From: an uncultured virus (IMG/VR IMGVR_UViG_3300033233_000003) | Lineage: Duplodnaviria; Heunggongvirae; Uroviricota; Caudoviricetes | IMG/VR virus record: IMGVR_UViG_3300033233_000003 | Direction: 5' to 3' (one strand) | DNA: 64,000 nt | In this document: positions 61,855-64,000 of the stretch, one piece after another | How the letters are laid out: each line of letters begins with the position of its first letter | Numbering within the stretch: position 1 is the first letter of the stretch | Made by a program: the position numbers and the translations under genes | The notes under the pieces: generated by a model | Told to the model about the DNA's origin: nothing | The model's database searches: none | Seen by the model: only the letters and a program-made list of their open reading frames with translations

Positions 61855-63393
61855 ATGGCGTTTCCCATCCTCGCGCTCGTCGGCCTCGGCGCCGTCGTCC
61901 TGCTCATCGCCAAGGGCGGCGGCGGCGGCAAGGCCGCGCCGACGGCTGCACAGCGACCGAAGATCTTGCCTGGCAAGAGCGGCTGCTACGACGTGCCGGC
62001 CTACGGTGGCTCGGGTCGCGACATCTCCGACATCCCGCCCGCGCAGCGACTCGCCTTCGAGGACGCGCTCGCGAGGAGCACCGACTCGGTCGGTCTCGAC
62101 GGGCTCGCGACCACGCTCGACTGCATCGGATACTCCGTCGCCGCGAAGCGCTTCCGCCTGCGCGCCGCACAGCTGCGTGCCGACGCCGCGCGCGGCGGAG
62201 GTGGCTTCCCAGGCGGAGGTCGCACTACCCCGCCCGTCGTCGGACCGACCGCCTACGTGCCCGGGTGCGTGCCGCCCGCCGGCTGGGCCGCGCCCGCAGG
62301 CTGGAACCTCGGGATGGCGCTCGCTGCCGATCCCACGCACTGGCCCGGCATGCCCGAGGGCTACACGCTCGGCTCGCCGCTGTCGAACGCCGCGTCGTGT
62401 CCCGTCGGCTGGGTCGACTCGCGAGGCGGCGCAGCCGACGCCGGCGTCGACGGGCTGCCGGAGCCGCTGAAGAGCGCGGTCAAGAAGGCGCTCGCGGAGA
62501 GCAAGGACAGCGGCGAGATGTTCAAGCTCTCGAAGCACCTCGACGAGATGGGTCAGAAGATTGCGGGCGACGCAGTCCGCGCGAAGGCCATCTCGATCTT
62601 GACAGGCGTCTCGTTGGAAGCGGCGCCGGCGAGACCGGCGTTCTGTCCGACCGGCAGCACTGTCGAGATCGAGAAGCAGATCGACGGCATCGCTGCGAGG
62701 ATCATGCTCGGCGAACTCTCCGTCGCCGACGCGATCAAGATGGATGCCGACTACACTGCGGCATGCATTCTTCCGTTCTCCTGGGCCAAGGTGAGACACG
62801 CGATCGCTGTGAAGACGCCCGGTTTCAAGTCGGTGTCGGAGCTTCCGTCCAGCGAGCCTGGAGAAGTCCCGCTCGGATCGCTCGGCCCCAAGGGCGAGCC
62901 GATCTCCACAGATCCTTTCGCCGTGCTGCCTGGCGACATCAAGTCAGCGGTCCAGCTCGCCTACGACTCCGGAGATCCGCAGCAGCTCGACGACGTCGCG
63001 AACGATCTCCTGGTCGAAAATCCCACGTACCACCCGGCATGGCTGAAGGTGAAGGCCGACGCGAGGGCGATCAGGCTTCGCTGGACGACGCCGCTCACCT
63101 CCTTTCCGGACGGCGTGCCTGGTTCGCTCAACTCGCTCATGGCCGTGGAGATTTCGGAAGCGGCGAGCGCGCCGTGGTTCCTCAGTCCGGTGTGGAGGGC
63201 CGCGGCCGGCAAGAAGACCGAGTTCCTCTGGAACCTCGGAGCCGCTTCGGATCCGGCCGTTCCCGGCAGCGGCAAGGCCGTCGCCGACGAGTTCTGGAAG
63301 CGCGGCTACAAGACGGCCGCAAACGAGGTCGGAAAGAGCTTCTACCCGGAAGTCCATCCAGGCAACATCGACGCCTGGTACCCGCTGCCGTAA
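61855..63393 (+). CDS. Membrane-anchored protein sharing repeats with the upstream gene
   Basis: N-terminal TM; GLPEPLK and GLDGLA motifs shared. Confidence 0.75.
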   Translation: MAFPILALVGLGAVVLLIAKGGGGGKAAPTAAQRPKILPGKSGCYDVPAYGGSGRDISDIPPAQRLAFEDALARSTDSVGLDGLATTLDCIGYSVAAKRFRLRAAQLRADAARGGGGFPGGGRTTPPVVGPTAYVPGCVPPAGWAAPAGWNLGMALAADPTHWPGMPEGYTLGSPLSNAASCPVGWVDSRGGAADAGVDGLPEPLKSAVKKALAESKDSGEMFKLSKHLDEMGQKIAGDAVRAKAISILTGVSLEAAPARPAFCPTGSTVEIEKQIDGIAARIMLGELSVADAIKMDADYTAACILPFSWAKVRHAIAVKTPGFKSVSELPSSEPGEVPLGSLGPKGEPISTDPFAVLPGDIKSAVQLAYDSGDPQQLDDVANDLLVENPTYHPAWLKVKADARAIRLRWTTPLTSFPDGVPGSLNSLMAVEISEAASAPWFLSPVWRAAAGKKTEFLWNLGAASDPAVPGSGKAVADEFWKRGYKTAANEVGKSFYPEVHPGNIDAWYPLP

Positions 63394-63484
63394 GTCCCGC
63401 AGCTCAGTGAGTTCGTCCCGCAGTCAGCAGATCCACATTCCGCAAGCAGATCTCGAAACGTCACGCACACCAGGAGAATGAACG

Positions 63485-63817
63485 ATGCCCGCAGTTTCAG
63501 GAACGCTCGAATACGTCAGGACACGGGTCGCCAACGTCGCGGAGCTGCGCGGCATCCCGACCGCGGCGCTCAACACCGGCGACCTCGCCTACGTCGGAGG
63601 GATCCCGAACGTCGGGCTCTACTACGTCCTCGTCAAGGACGCGGTCAATGCCGACAACGGCACGACCGTCATCGCGACCCACGAGTCGCTCGCTGCGACG
63701 CTGCAGATCCAGGGATCTGGTCTCCCGCTGACGCCGCCGGGGCTGCCCGTCACGCCGATCACGACGCAAGGCCGGTGGTTTGCGTCGAACATCGCGACGC
63801 TCGTCGTCCCGCTCTGA
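63485..63817 (+). CDS. Small protein resembling a tailspike N-terminal attachment domain
   Basis: VANVAELR...ADNGTTVI...GRW pattern; AGGAG SD. Confidence 0.5.
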   Translation: MPAVSGTLEYVRTRVANVAELRGIPTAALNTGDLAYVGGIPNVGLYYVLVKDAVNADNGTTVIATHESLAATLQIQGSGLPLTPPGLPVTPITTQGRWFASNIATLVVPL

Positions 63818-64000
63818 TCGACGCACATCTGACCGTCATCGTCACGAGTAAAAACTCGTCTCGCGTCGGCGCGTGTCAGGGAACGGCAAAAGGCGGCAAA
63901 AGAATGCGGACCGGATACGATCAGATCGCGCTGCAGCAGCTCGCTCTCGACATGCAGAGGCGAGCTGCGGCGCTTCCCTTCCAGAGCAAGCCTGGGATCG

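Noticed and set aside
1..64000. tRNA or rRNA genes
   Set aside because: None recognised by eye; a tRNAscan/Infernal run would be needed to exclude them.

Overview
GC-rich window that looks like part of a large bacterial virus or provirus. The backbone is a long run of small, co-oriented + strand ORFs joined by ATGA/GTGA overlaps. It includes DHFR, a YjjX-like NTPase, HAD and HD phosphohydrolases and a DNA methyltransferase. It ends in a putative virion module (56.4-64 kb): membrane proteins, a jelly-roll-like protein, an intein-containing transglutaminase-like protein and a spike-like domain. Five diverged copies (A-E) of one cargo-carrying transposon family and one IS1595 element with passenger genes are inserted in it. 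The family has IS903-like ends (GGCTTTG...CAAAGCC) and 9-bp target duplications, which I could read directly for C, D and E. Its core is conserved: a winged-HTH gene behind a GTGAGY-N17-CGTC-N8-ATG promoter-like motif, a divergent ribbon-helix-helix gene, and a SWIM-zinc-finger DDE transposase. Variable cargo is translationally coupled to the transposase stop codon (MTase + McrBC, MTase + HNH, RNA ligase, small regulators). Separately, about 21 copies of a 23-bp GNA-triloop hairpin with compensatory base changes are scattered through the backbone. All calls come from reading motifs by eye; no searches were run.
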